Notes: a model not told the origin generated them from the sequence alone. A stretch of DNA of 64,000 bases from Octopus sinensis (GCF_006345805.1 NC_042998.1:202988001-203052000); one strand, 5' to 3'. Positions 26,597 through 37,920 are shown, counted from the first letter of the stretch. Program-made: numbers and translations.

Positions 26597-26991
26597 ATTC
26601 AATGGAGTGTGAAGAAGATAAACAGCTGTTCGATGATGTGCTGAGGGGAGAATCTGACTGTGCAGTGCAGGGCAGAAGAAACAAAGGACTTTTCCGATCA
26701 ATGCTTCTTTTTAAGTAGAATAAGAATAACTAGGTTTGTATTGACAGATAAATATTGGGTTTCTAGAATTGCTTGGTTTGATTAAATCTTATAGTTTTAT
26801 ACGCTTTCTCTGCTTTCTTCTTATTTCTGTTTTCTTAACCGCTGTCAATAATTGTTCATGTGCGCGTGAATATGAGAACACTAAAACACATACACACACA
26901 CATATACACACAAAATGTACACAGACGTGTGTGTGTGTATATGTGTCTGTGTCTGTGTCTGTCTGTTTATTTATGTATTTATTCGTCGGCA

Positions 26992-26998
26992 TATAAAA
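26992..26998 (+). promoter_or_regulatory. TATA box of the putative secreted-protein gene
   Basis: TATAAAA 82-88 nt upstream of the ATG at 27080. Confidence 0.6.
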
Positions 26999-27079
26999 CA
27001 GATCGCCACCTGACTGTTTAAGCGAGAACCTCTTCTTTCCATCTTGCAAGACATTTGAAAACCAGCCTTCTCGATAATC

Positions 27080-27193
27080 ATGGCGTCAACTCTTAAATTC
27101 GTTGTGCTTCTCTCAGTTGCCATTGGCCTTCTTGTCACAACAACCAATGTGATGGCTGACCAATATGATTCTGAAAATCCAGCGACAGAAAAA
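27080..27193 (+). CDS. First coding exon of a small secreted protein (signal peptide)
   Basis: ATAATC-ATG-G start; MASTLKFVVLLSVAIGLLVTTTNVMA-DQYDSENPATEK has n/h/c signal regions; phase-0 donor AAA|GTAAGC at 27194. Confidence 0.75.
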
Positions 27194-27357
27194 GTAAGCA
27201 TTTTATTTTTTATTTTTACATTTTCAGTCATTATTGCGTCATTGGACTTATTCATTTTACCCTATAACATTAATTATCAATATGAAGAAAACAATATTCG
27301 TTATTATGATTTAGCTTATTCAAATTTGATGTAAAACCTCTCATTTTCATGAATACA

Positions 27358-27890
27358 TATAGGACAGTGTTGTTAAGAAGCTCGTTTTGCAACCATGGGG
27401 TTTCTGGTTCAGTCCCAAAGAGCGGCACTTAGGGAAAGTATATTCTGTTACAGTGAATTTGGTAGACGGAAACTAGTGGAAGCTCGTCGTATGTGTGTGT
27501 GTATCTGTTTGTCCCCAGTAGTGCTTGACGACCGGTGTTGGTTTGTTTACGTCCCCGTCACTTAGTGGCTCGATGAAAGAGACCGACAGAATAAGCACCA
27601 GGCTTATTCTGAGAAGTCCTAGACAAATTAAGTACAAGGCGACGCCCCAGCAAGGCCGCAATCCAATGACTGACACAAGTAAAAGAAAATAAATAAAGGC
27701 ATAGATACACGCTCATGGTGATTACTCTGATCGACCCCAGTACTCAACTGGTTCTTATTTTATCGACCCCGAAAGGATGAAAGACAAAGTTGACTCTGGC
27801 GATGATATTTGAACTCAGAACGTAAAGACAGACGAAATGCTGCTAAACATTTCGCCCGACATTCTTACGATTCTGCCAGCTCACCGTCTT
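27358..27890. mobile_element. Degenerate family B SINE (+) followed by a family A variant (-)
   Basis: Recognisable but diverged blocks of both families. Confidence 0.75.
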
Positions 27891-28578
27891 CAAAGACACC
27901 AGAATATTGGTCAGGTCGAATCGTTGAATAGTTTCTTAAGATGAGCATCTTATCTGTAATGTCTTGAAAGTGAGACACTGTACAACTTGTCAGAAATTGA
28001 AACCCTATCGCTGACACGATACACCAGGAACTTACCGCGACACACTGGCGTTCATAATCAATTGAATCCGTTCGGTGTATCGTTGGTATTTATTTCGAGT
28101 GAAAGGGCGGGGGGGGGGGGCAGGTAAAAGATGAAAATTATATGGGTCCCTGGACTACCGGTATTCAACTAGTAAACATTGATCAACTTTAGTGGGTGAA
28201 TAAAAGACGAAAATATAATGAATCTCCGAGCTGTAGGATGATGAACCAGCATCTGTTATCGACTCTAGTTTTCGATAAAAGAATACAGTGGATCACCGGA
28301 CTATGCAGTACTGAACTAACCACCCATTAATCCAATCCAGCTTTCTACAATCTGTACTATCAAGATTACAATTTCCTTTTTCCAGTCAGAAAAGATATCT
28401 CTGCGTTGTTGCCTGATCTCCAAGAAGTAGCAGCTAAATTTCTTTGAACTCTTACTTAGGCGTCTTGAAAACGATATCTGTTGTTGCATTGCATAATGTA
28501 CGCTGGGGTTATTTTGATCATAGATCCACTCATCCACCTAATCAGGCATTAAACAACAACAGTGACCTCTTTCTTTAG

Positions 28579-28725
28579 GTTACATACAAAACCGTATATC
28601 TTTATGAAGGCTTACGGGATGTTGTGGTTTTCATCACTTCAAAGCGAGTGAATAACTTCGATAGATGTGAAATAACTTCGATGGAAAAAGTAAACGGAGA
28701 AGAGTACCAGGAATTTACGATTTAG
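28579..28725 (+). CDS. Candidate second exon of the secreted-protein gene
   Basis: Acceptor GTGACCTCTTTCTTTAG|; open in phase 0: VTYKTVYLYEGLRDVVVFITSKRVNNFDRCEITSMEKVNGEEYQEFTI*; possible internal donor AAA|GTAAAC at 28690. Confidence 0.45.
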   Translation, partial: VTYKTVYLYEGLRDVVVFITSKRVNNFDRCEITSMEKVNGEEYQEFTI

Positions 28726-29426
28726 ATAGCATGTGCAGTGTGTTACGATGAGATATCACACTGCACAACAGAATATATCCATAGATTTTTAATCAACATT
28801 GTATGAAATAGACAAAAGTAAACACTGTCTGTGTATACAATGAAAATCTGTATACGCAATGACTTCGTGGACACTCAACCCTGTATGAGATTTCATCAGT
28901 GAGACAGTGCTTGTAAGTCCACAATTCCTACGGGATAAAATAAACGGAATAGACCAAGTTATATGCCGCACCCCTGGTAGTTAGTTTGACAATCTGTTAA
29001 AGAGTAATATTTCAATGCTTTACTACACTGCAGGATATACGTGGTGCGATGAATAAACTGTCGTCTAAATTACGCAAAAATGAAAATAACACTGGCATCT
29101 CATTTTAACAGATATATTTACAAAAATTACATAAAAATATCTTGAAATACTAAAGAGTAAATTTATTCAATAAAATCGCCATTGGCTTCTACCACGACCT
29201 CCAGACGACTTCGGAATATCCTGCAACTCTTCTAGACAGTCTTCGTGTTTACGTTGGTGAATGGTGCCATAATCCTTGCCTTCATTTCATATTTGGCGTT
29301 ACAAGGAGTTCTGTTGGTCTCTCGCTCAGCTGCGTCCCACACATAATAATCAAAGGGGTTGCAGTCTAAGTCAAACGATTGTGGGGAGACAAACACAGAC
29401 ACACAAATACACGCATACATACATGC

Positions 29427-29488
<62 letters not shown>

Positions 29489-29600
29489 GAATATATATAT
29501 ATATATATATATGAATATATATATATATGAATATATATATATATATGAATATATATATGAATATATATATATATGAATAAATATATATATATATATATAT

Positions 29601-29787
29601 AAGGTTAATCCAAACATGAAAACACAACAACGTGGAACAAGTATAGTGTTATTGGACGCTCAGGAAAGGAAAGAAAGAAGGGGGATTTAACTTTTCGAGT
29701 GGAGCTCTTCATCAGAAACATAGGAAAAGGAAAGATCCGAGGAATGGAAGACGGAGGAAAAAATCGCCAACGATACACACGCGGTCA
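29601..29787 (-). mobile_element. Hammerhead-bearing element, family H1 (second copy)
   Basis: Matches 16524-16732; (TA)n on both sides. Confidence 0.8.
29685..29719 (-). ncRNA. Minimal type I hammerhead ribozyme, mutated
   Basis: GUUU-CUGAUGA-A-GAGC(UCC)ACUC-GAAAA-GUU/AAAU: canonical CUGAUGA, one stem II mismatch, C15.2 changed to A. Confidence 0.65.
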
Positions 29788-29797
29788 TATATATATA

Positions 29798-29977
29798 ACG
29801 GGAAAGTTTACGAAAATAAACAAAAGACGAAGGCAGGTGGAGTACACACAAACAAATGTATTAGTATAGCGCTCAGGAATAGAAAGTCTTTTACGTTTCG
29901 AGCCTACGCTCTTCGACAGAAAGATACACAGAAAAAAACAAGGAGAAAAACAAGGAGAGAAAAAATGCGTGTAGGAG
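29798..29977 (-). mobile_element. Hammerhead-bearing element, family H2
   Basis: Distinct from H1 but shares the hammerhead and the downstream TTCCTGAGCG...CTATAC motif; (TA)n on both sides. Confidence 0.75.
29887..29924 (-). ncRNA. Minimal type I hammerhead ribozyme variant (A6 changed to U)
   Basis: UCUUU-CUGUCGA-A-GAGC(GUAG)GCUC-GAAAC-GUA/AAAGA: perfect 5-bp stem I, 4-bp stem II, ACGU palindrome. Confidence 0.7.
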
Positions 29978-30982
29978 ATATATATACATATATATACATA
30001 TATATATATATACATATATATATACTACGGGCTTCTTTCAGCTTCCGTCTCCCAAATCCACTCACAAGGCTTTGGTCGGCTCGAGGCTATAGTAGAAGTG
30101 TGACTGAACCCGAAACTATGTGGTTGGAAAGCTAGCCTCTTACCATTACAGCCACTCCTGCGCAAAAGTTTTGAGTAAACATTCTCGAAGACCTGTAATG
30201 TTTTGTATAAACACGATCAGAAATAGCAATTTATCACAAGTAGAACCAGAAACAGATCAATTATGTGTTTAACTATTGGCACTGTATTTTCGCGTTGTAT
30301 TCATTCTTCACGTTTATCTGTTTATTTAGTTTTTCTTTTTTTTTCTGTGTTTTTTTTTCTTTTTTCTGTGTTTGTGTTTTTTGTTTGTGTTTTTGTTTTT
30401 CTTTCCCTTTTTTCATTCTTTATTCCCTATTGCCGTTGTCATCGTTGACGCTGTTATTGGGAGCTGGGGGTGGAGGATAACGGCATCTTCTTCAATGAAC
30501 AGTGTTACAAGAAAAACAGCTTCGTCTTTCTTATTGATTACAATACGTTGTTTCGATTAAATGAAGACATTATCCCTCTCTCTATCATACGTTTGTTTTG
30601 GCTTTTTTCTTTCTCTTTCTCTCTCTCTCTCTCTGCAAAGACCTTTCCTTCGAAATCCTAAACTATTTATGTTCTTGATAAACAAAATATTTTGTATGCA
30701 AATGGTTTTACTACTGAGATCGGTTGCAAACTGAATCGATAATGGTGCCCTTCTATAAACCAAACGAATAAAAGATTCGTGTCTATCCTTTGTCTATCCT
30801 TTGTCGCTATTCTATCCTTTGTCGCTATTCTGTGCCTTTAATAGGGGAACTTAACTCACAATGGTTAACATCAGCTGTATCAATCTTACCGTTTTGGAAA
30901 AGCCTGCGAAGATCATGAACACAGTTCATTCCTTTGCACTGAAACCATATAACAAGCAAAAAATATACTTAGCTATAATAGA

Positions 30983-31400
30983 TAGGCGCGGGAGTGGCTG
31001 TGTGGTAAGAAGCTTGCTAACCAACCACATGGTTCCGGGTTCAGTCACTCTGCGTGGCACCTTGGGCAAGTGTCTTCTACTATAGCCTCGGGCCGACCAA
31101 AGCCTTGTGTGTGGATCTGGTAGACGGAAAACTGAAAGAAGCCCGTCGTATATATGTATATATATATATGTATTTGTGTGTGTTTGTGTGTCTGTGTTTG
31201 TCCCCCTAGCATTGCTTGACAATTGATGCTGGTGTGTTTCTGTCCCCGTTACTTAGCGGTTCGGCAAAAGAGACCGATAGAATAAGTACTGGGCTTAGAA
31301 AAAGAATAAGTCCCGAGGTCGATTTGTTCGACTAAAGGCGGTGCTCCAGCATGGCCGCAGTCAAATGACTGAAACAAGTAAAAGAGTAAAAGAGTAAAGA
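30983..31400 (+). mobile_element. SINE family B
   Basis: Full structure. Confidence 0.9.
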
Positions 31401-31799
31401 GATAGCAGAACCAGGAATAAAGTATGATAGAAGCAATACACATGTACACATGTACTCCCGTGCAGGAGTATATGTGTACTACACGAGTATATGAGAGAGA
31501 GAAAGAGGGAGAGAGAACAACTCTCTCATGATAGAAAGAAGATTTTATCCGTGGTGTACTAACGATGTGAACCTGTTCCAACATTTGCGGCTAAAATTAT
31601 TCTTCTCAATCAATCAGGTGGCACGATTGTTTTTTTAGCGGTAGCCTATAATACTTTAACAATAGAAGTGGATATACGTCGGTCACTTCTACATTAATCT
31701 GCGTCTATGGACAGATCTAGCAACAGTAACAACTGTAATACAGATAACGAAATAAAACTATTTTACCCACTGTCACGCTCAACAGCTATGGCAGCCATA

Positions 31800-32400
31800 T
31801 ATTTCTTTACTGCCCACAAGGGGCTAAACATAGAGGGGACAAACAAGGACAGACAAAGGGATCAAGTCGATTACATCGACCCCAGTGCAAAACTGGTACT
31901 TAATTTATCGACCCCGAAAGGATGAAAGGCAAAGTCGACCTCGGCAGAACTTGAACTCAAAACTCAGCCGCGGACGAAATACCTGTTTCTTTATTACCCA
32001 CAAGGGGCTGAACATAGAGGGGACAAACAAGAACAGACAAAGGGATTGAGTCGATTACATCGACCCCAGTGCGAAACTGATACTTTATTTATCAACCCCG
32101 AAAGGATGAAAGGCAAAGTCGACCTAGGCGGAATTTGAACTCAGAATGTAACGACAGACGAAATACCTATTTCTTTACTACCCACAAGGGGCTAAACACA
32201 GAGAGGACAAACAAGGACAGACAAACGGATTAAGTCGACTATAACGACCCCAGTGCGAAACTGGTACTTAATTTATCGACCCCGAAAGGATGAAAGGCAA
32301 AGTCGACCTCGGCGGAATTTGAACTCACAACGTAACGGCAGACGAAATACAGCTACGCAATTCTCCCGGCATGCTAACGTTTCTGCCAGCTCGCCTCCTT
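31800..32400 (-). mobile_element. SINE family A trimer
   Basis: Junctions at 31983/31984 and 32167/32168; 18-bp TSD ACAGCTATG(G/A)CAGCCATA (31782-31799, 32401-32418). Confidence 0.9.
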
Positions 32401-32957
32401 ACAGCTATGACAGCCATAGCAGTAGCAGTAGCAGTAGTAAATCAGGGTGACAATTCTAACAGTGATTTTCTAGAAGCTATTAGTTCAGTAATTATGCAAC
32501 AATGTCTTGTGAAACAACCACAGCGTTATACGATATTTCGCAACCAGCAATTTTCATTTAGATCTGTTTAAAAAATGCATTGTATTATCGTACTATCCAG
32601 CTTAACTTTCATCAAAAGAACATATAGCTGGAAAGTAAATTCAAAGAGGCATGTTCGCTTTTAAGTGGAATAAGCAATGCAGATTCATTGGCATGTTTTA
32701 TGTTTTATGTATACACACATTTATGTATTTTAAAGTGTAATATTGAAGACCCACTTGTATATAAGGCAAAGTCGACCTCAGCGGAATTTGAACTCAGAAC
32801 GTAACGGCAGACGAAATACTGCTACGCATTTCGCCCGGCGTGCCAACGTTTCTGCCAGCTCGATGTCACACTGCATTGTACACTCTCCTGACACAAAGTA
32901 GTACATTATAAAAACCCACAAATGTTCGGCTTCAGAATCTCTAACGATGAATCATAA

Positions 32958-33678
32958 CAGGAGTTCTCGACCATTTTTTTATGGACCTCTTTGGTTGCTT
33001 TTTTATTCTGCTGGACCCGCCTCTCGCCATAATCATTTGATGTTTAAAAAGCTAGTTTTTTTTTTTAGAAACTTCTTTCAAAATTCCTATTTTGCTTTTC
33101 ACGTATTTAATTGTGTAGGTTGAACTATGTAAAATGTTAGAGAAAGAAACTGAAGAGTTTCTCGCAAACTGAAGAGTTTCTTGCAAAGCATTTAGAGAAT
33201 GCGCGGGCTAAGACTACGCGCCTTCATTGGTCAGTAAAAGCTGAGACAGGGCTGCCTGCTGGAGCCTATGCGGCAGGTATTTAAAGGGAAAAATTTGACA
33301 AGTCAGTCAGTCACCGGCCGACACTCGCTGACGCTACATCGAAGAGGCCAGGGAACAGAAGAAAGAAGACATGCACCCAACACCAGAGCTGAAGACACCT
33401 CTGAAAGGGGGGCCCACCACGTCAAAACGGTAGAGGAGTAGGGGCCGAAACTGGACGTGGTTCCTCCTGATGATGTCTTGAGCTAACTGGATCCTATAAA
33501 GGAGCTGTTGTGGTAGCAGACCACGAAACACGGTTGTAATTCCTCAGATACAGACATCTAAAGCAAATTTTTTTCAGGAGCCCTTAAAACACTACAATTT
33601 ACTATTTTGTTTTGTGGACCCCCAAAAAATCTCATATGGACTCTCGGGGACCATATAGACCCCGATTGACAACCACTG
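32958..33678. mobile_element. hAT-type MITE interrupted by an LTR-like repeat
   Basis: Ends CAGGAGTTCTCGACC / GATTGACAACCACTG; 8-bp TSD AATCATAA / AATTATAA (7/8). Confidence 0.65.
33189..33550 (+). repeat. LTR-like dispersed repeat (inverted copy at 53064-53418)
   Basis: Long diverged match; CATTGGTCAG and GGTATTTAAAGGG promoter-like motifs. Confidence 0.55.
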
Positions 33679-33848
33679 AATTATAAATTCACGATATAAA
33701 ATATTGCCGCATAAATAATTTATTTCATGGATACAACTATTTCCACATTTCATTTCAATATTTCAATTTGTTTCTTAACTTTTTGAATCTTGTTGAGGCC
33801 TTTTTCTTACTATTTTTTTTCTTTTTCTTTTTCTTTTCTTTACTGTAG

Positions 33849-33953
33849 AAAGACTGTGAAGAGGGATCTGAGCTTTGTGTTGGCAACATCTTTATTCATG
33901 GAGAGAAAGAAATTGAAGAAAAGGAGGTCGCTGACGTATCTGAAAAAAAATAA
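33849..33953 (+). CDS. Candidate terminal exon of the secreted-protein gene
   Basis: Very long pyrimidine tract ending TACTGTAG|; phase 0 reads KDCEEGSELCVGNIFIHGEKEIEEKEVADVSEKK*; AATAAA at 33968-33973. Confidence 0.5.
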   Translation, partial: KDCEEGSELCVGNIFIHGEKEIEEKEVADVSEKK

Positions 33954-34125
33954 TTTACCAGGAGTTTAATAAAAAGCAGCAATGAACATAACAATGGAAA
34001 GAAATTCATTCTTAGAATAATATTGGTAAACAAGAATGGAACCAATGATGTAGTTACCAAACAGTCATTGCATTAAAAGTGAACATTTCATATATGTGTC
34101 TGTGTAAATATATATATATATAATA

Positions 34126-34164
<39 letters not shown>

Positions 34165-34172
34165 TGTGTAAA

Positions 34173-34389
<217 letters not shown>

Positions 34390-34571
34390 TACATATATAT
34401 ATATATATATATATCACGTGATCACGTGACCGACCAGACCATCAGATGTTGCTACACATCGCTGGTCACAATGCGTTCGCATTGTTTTAGCCTTCGAATG
34501 ACGCCACCCCACTGGCTAAGCGAGCAGGCCAATATATATATATATATATACACATATATACACATATATAC

Positions 34572-34604
<33 letters not shown>

Positions 34605-34739
34605 CACAAGCACACACACTCCTATGTATGTATGGAAGTGTATATATATACATATGTGTGTGTATATATAACTATATATATCTATATAAAAGTATACATA
34701 TATATATATAATATATATATATATACATATATATATATA

Positions 34740-34801
<62 letters not shown>

Positions 34802-35335
34802 ATGATAGCAGAAACAAAGAAGACATGTATTTAATAACAGAAGAATAGATTAAAAGTTCAAACTACATTGGGGTGGGTTATAAGCTTTCTATCTTGGGTT
34901 AGTAATCTAAATGCAACTAAAATCCTGGAATCGAGAGAGACAGAGAAAGATGGGGATAGAGAGAAGTGGGTTGGAGTAAGAGATGGCGATTGTCAAAAGA
35001 CATATTTTATAGGTTCAGTATTTGTTGTAAGGCTTATGCAATATTAAACTAAAAATTTATGCTCTGGTATATTCGTAGTTTTTCCTTTTTCTCCACGTAT
35101 TCACAAGCGCGCATGCGTCTATACACACACTTAGTAATACTTAGTAATAGCCTTGCCGTTCAGTCTAAAATAAGTCGTAGTCTTTTTAGGGAATACGACC
35201 GTGTGTAAGGAGTCGTTGACGGAAACGTCCTAACAAAATATATGGCCAAATACATGATATAAAGAATTTGTGCCAAAGGAATAAATGAAGACGACAACCG
35301 TTCTAATGTTTGAGAGAGAAAGACTTTATTTACAA

Positions 35336-35734
35336 ACTAGCAGTATCGCCCGGCGTTGCTCGGGTTTGTAAGGGAAATAACTATATAAACATTTTTAGAG
35401 AGTTATAGCCAAAAAATAGCAAAAAAATGCATTAAAAATGGGAAAAAAATAATGGTAAATTTTTTTTAAATCGTTGACTCATCGTAGACATTTTTAGAGA
35501 GTTACTTCCCTTATATAATAGCGAAAAAAATGCATTAAAATGGAAAAAAGTTATGGTAAATTTTTTTTTAATCGTAGACTCATCGTAGACGCGCGCTAAT
35601 ACCCAGAAAAGCTCGATATGAATCACGACTATAAGATACCCGCTTTTGGTTAAACTGCACCGCAAAATGTGGGAGTAGTTAGGAATCTAAATCGTAGGAG
35701 ACAGACACACAACTTGACTTTTATATATAAAGAT
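35336..35734 (+). mobile_element. HINE/DINE-1-like non-autonomous Helitron derivative
   Basis: Starts ACTAGCAGTATCGCCCGGCGTTGCTCGGG, has internal duplicated blocks, and ends GACAGACACACAACTTGACTTTTATATATAAAGAT, the usual HINE layout. Confidence 0.65.
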
Positions 35735-35907
35735 GTGTACAATGAGAGTGTGTGTGAGTGCTAGCAAAGTTGAGTGTCTGTGTGCATGCGACAAGTGTTT
35801 GCGTCTGTGTGTTCGTGTGTGCGACAGAAGTACAAACAAGGTGTATGCGTATAAAACAGAATACAGAGCATAGGAAAGAGTCTTAGCATATTTTAGACAA
35901 GATGGAA

Positions 35908-36273
35908 TCAGTTTACCAGTTCGTGAGGTACACAATAGTAACAGTTCTGTAACGGGATGTTGGGTTCACAAGGCAGAATGCCAGTTGGACACATGTCCTG
36001 TAGCGGTTGAGGGTGCAATGCTGAGCCGGGTCTCTTGATACAGGAAGTTCTTTCAGGTAGACTGGAGTTGTTTACCTCGGTGAAAATCACAACCGCGCGA
36101 AAGCTGAATCTGAGCGAGTGCTGTGTACGTATTGCTGAAGTCGACGGAGATGGAGACGACGTAGAGTTGAAGGACGACGATGATGATGGCGGCGGCAGAG
36201 AAAGACGTCGTCGAGATGAAGGCGACGGAGATGGAGAACGTCCTGCGTTGCCGGTGTATGTTAGCGTCGTCAT
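35908..36273 (-). CDS. Candidate first coding exon, product unknown, frame uncertain
   Basis: CpG/GC-rich island; GCC-ATG-A start of a 121-aa ORF; candidate donors GAG|GTAAAC and CTG|GTAAAC; CCAAT boxes upstream. Confidence 0.35.
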   Translation of the reverse strand: MTTLTYTGNAGRSPSPSPSSRRRLSLPPPSSSSSFNSTSSPSPSTSAIRTQHSLRFSFRAVVIFTEVNNSSLPERTSCIKRPGSALHPQPLQDMCPTGILPCEPNIPLQNCYYCVPHELVN

Positions 36274-36475
36274 GGCTGGAGCAGGAGCATGGTTAGCTGG
36301 CTGGTCGTCTGTCGCTAGAACTGGAACATGGCTGAGTAGCTCTGTGGTCAGTGACTAGACCTTAAAAGGTCTAGAGCCAAAGACGAATAATAGTCGATCT
36401 CGCCTTTTTAAAGAGTTAAGGTGGCTCAAATGAAGCATAAGAAAAACAGTGTCACAGGACCTTATCCGAAGGCCG

Positions 36476-36546
36476 TGATTGGTTGGCTGACACACTGGCA
36501 CGAAATAAGTCGAGAGACAAACTGCGCCAATGCCAACCAATCAGAG
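36476..36546. promoter_or_regulatory. Two opposed CCAAT (NF-Y-like) boxes
   Basis: TGATTGGTTGGC at ~36476-36487 and GCCAACCAATCAGAG at ~36532-36546. Confidence 0.45.
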
Positions 36547-36687
36547 CAGCGGACACAACAGGGTTAAAATAACCGAAGATGGTTGTTATCTAACACGAGA
36601 TCATTTCTAATATATCTCTCAAACAGTGGGGATATCAGCTGCGCTACATCTTAATTTGAATATATTTTCATAAAACTATGATTCATG

Positions 36688-37121
36688 TAGGAGTGGCTGT
36701 GTGGTAAGTAGCTTGCTAACCAACCACATGGTTGCGGGTTCAGTCCCACTGCGTAGCATCTTGGGCAAGTGTCTTCTGCTATAGCCCCGGGCCGACCAAT
36801 GCCTTGTGAGTGGATTTGGTAGACGGAAACTGAAAGAAGCCTGTCGTATATACGTATATATATATATGTATGTGTGTGTATGTGTGTGTGTATGTGTGTA
36901 TCTGTGTTTGTCCCCCTAGCATTGCTTGACAACCGATGCTGGTGCGATTACGTCCCCGTCACTTAGCGGTTCGGCAAAAGACACCGATAGAATAAGTACT
37001 AAGGCTTACAAAGAATAAGTCCCGGGGGTCGATTTGCTCGACTAAAGGCGGTGCTCCAGCATGGCCACAGTCAAATGACTGAAACAAGTAAAAGAGTAAA
37101 AGAGTAAAAGAGTAAAAGAGT
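36688..37121 (+). mobile_element. SINE family B
   Basis: Full structure. Confidence 0.9.
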
Positions 37122-37412
37122 AGTTTTTCAGCACTTTTTTTAAGCTTAACATGGTCGTCATCCTTTTTCGTGTCAACTCGAACAATAACTATCATTCCTT
37201 GTAATTCTTACATCTTGTCACTATCTGTACTCGTTAAACTATTCATCTCTTTATCACATTCGATCTTTAAAAACCACACACGTGAAACCTCAGTTTGAGT
37301 TCTCGAATTATCTTTTTTTTTTTTGTTGCAGCTGATTTTATTTGCGTTGTTCTTCGTTATGTATTTTCGTGTTGTAATTGTTCATGTATGGGTAGTTCTT
37401 GATGCATGAACT

Positions 37413-37414
<2 letters not shown>

Positions 37415-37461
<47 letters not shown>

Positions 37462-37829
37462 TTAATAATAATAATAATAATAACACATTTGAATCAGTAA
37501 ACATTGGCAAAAGTAATTTTAAAGGTACATAATAGCAAACACCTTTTACTGACATCTTAACATCACACTATCATCGTCTAATCAAATCACTTTTGAAACA
37601 AATTTTAAATTTTCTTATATTTTGACAAACATTCTCTAGAATAATAGTCTGTGCAGAACCAAAAATATGACACCCTAATCATAACAACAAGTTGAACTTC
37701 TAACTTGTTGTCTCTTGAGGTCTCTGGATGAGACTTGGAGTCAACTTGTACAAATTCAAAGCAAAAGCCAAACATATAATGATGATGATGATGATGATGA
37801 TGATAATGATAATGATAATAATAATAATG

Positions 37830-37920
<91 letters not shown>
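37415..37920 (+). repeat. (TAA)n arrays enclosing a ~300-bp probable LINE 3' fragment
   Basis: (TAA)n at 37415-37482 and (TGA/TAA/TAG)n at ~37778-37920 around a segment ending ...TTGTACAAATTCAAAGCAAAAGCCAAACAT. Confidence 0.6.

Noticed and set aside
28316-28537. Minus-strand ORF with a GTTAGT donor
   Set aside because: IFSDWKKEIVILI resembles the RTE P.DWK...IVP motif, and no acceptor support was found.
33440-33540. CTGATGA and CGAAAC motifs as a hammerhead
   Set aside because: Stems I and II cannot be formed in any topology, and part of it is absent from the second copy.
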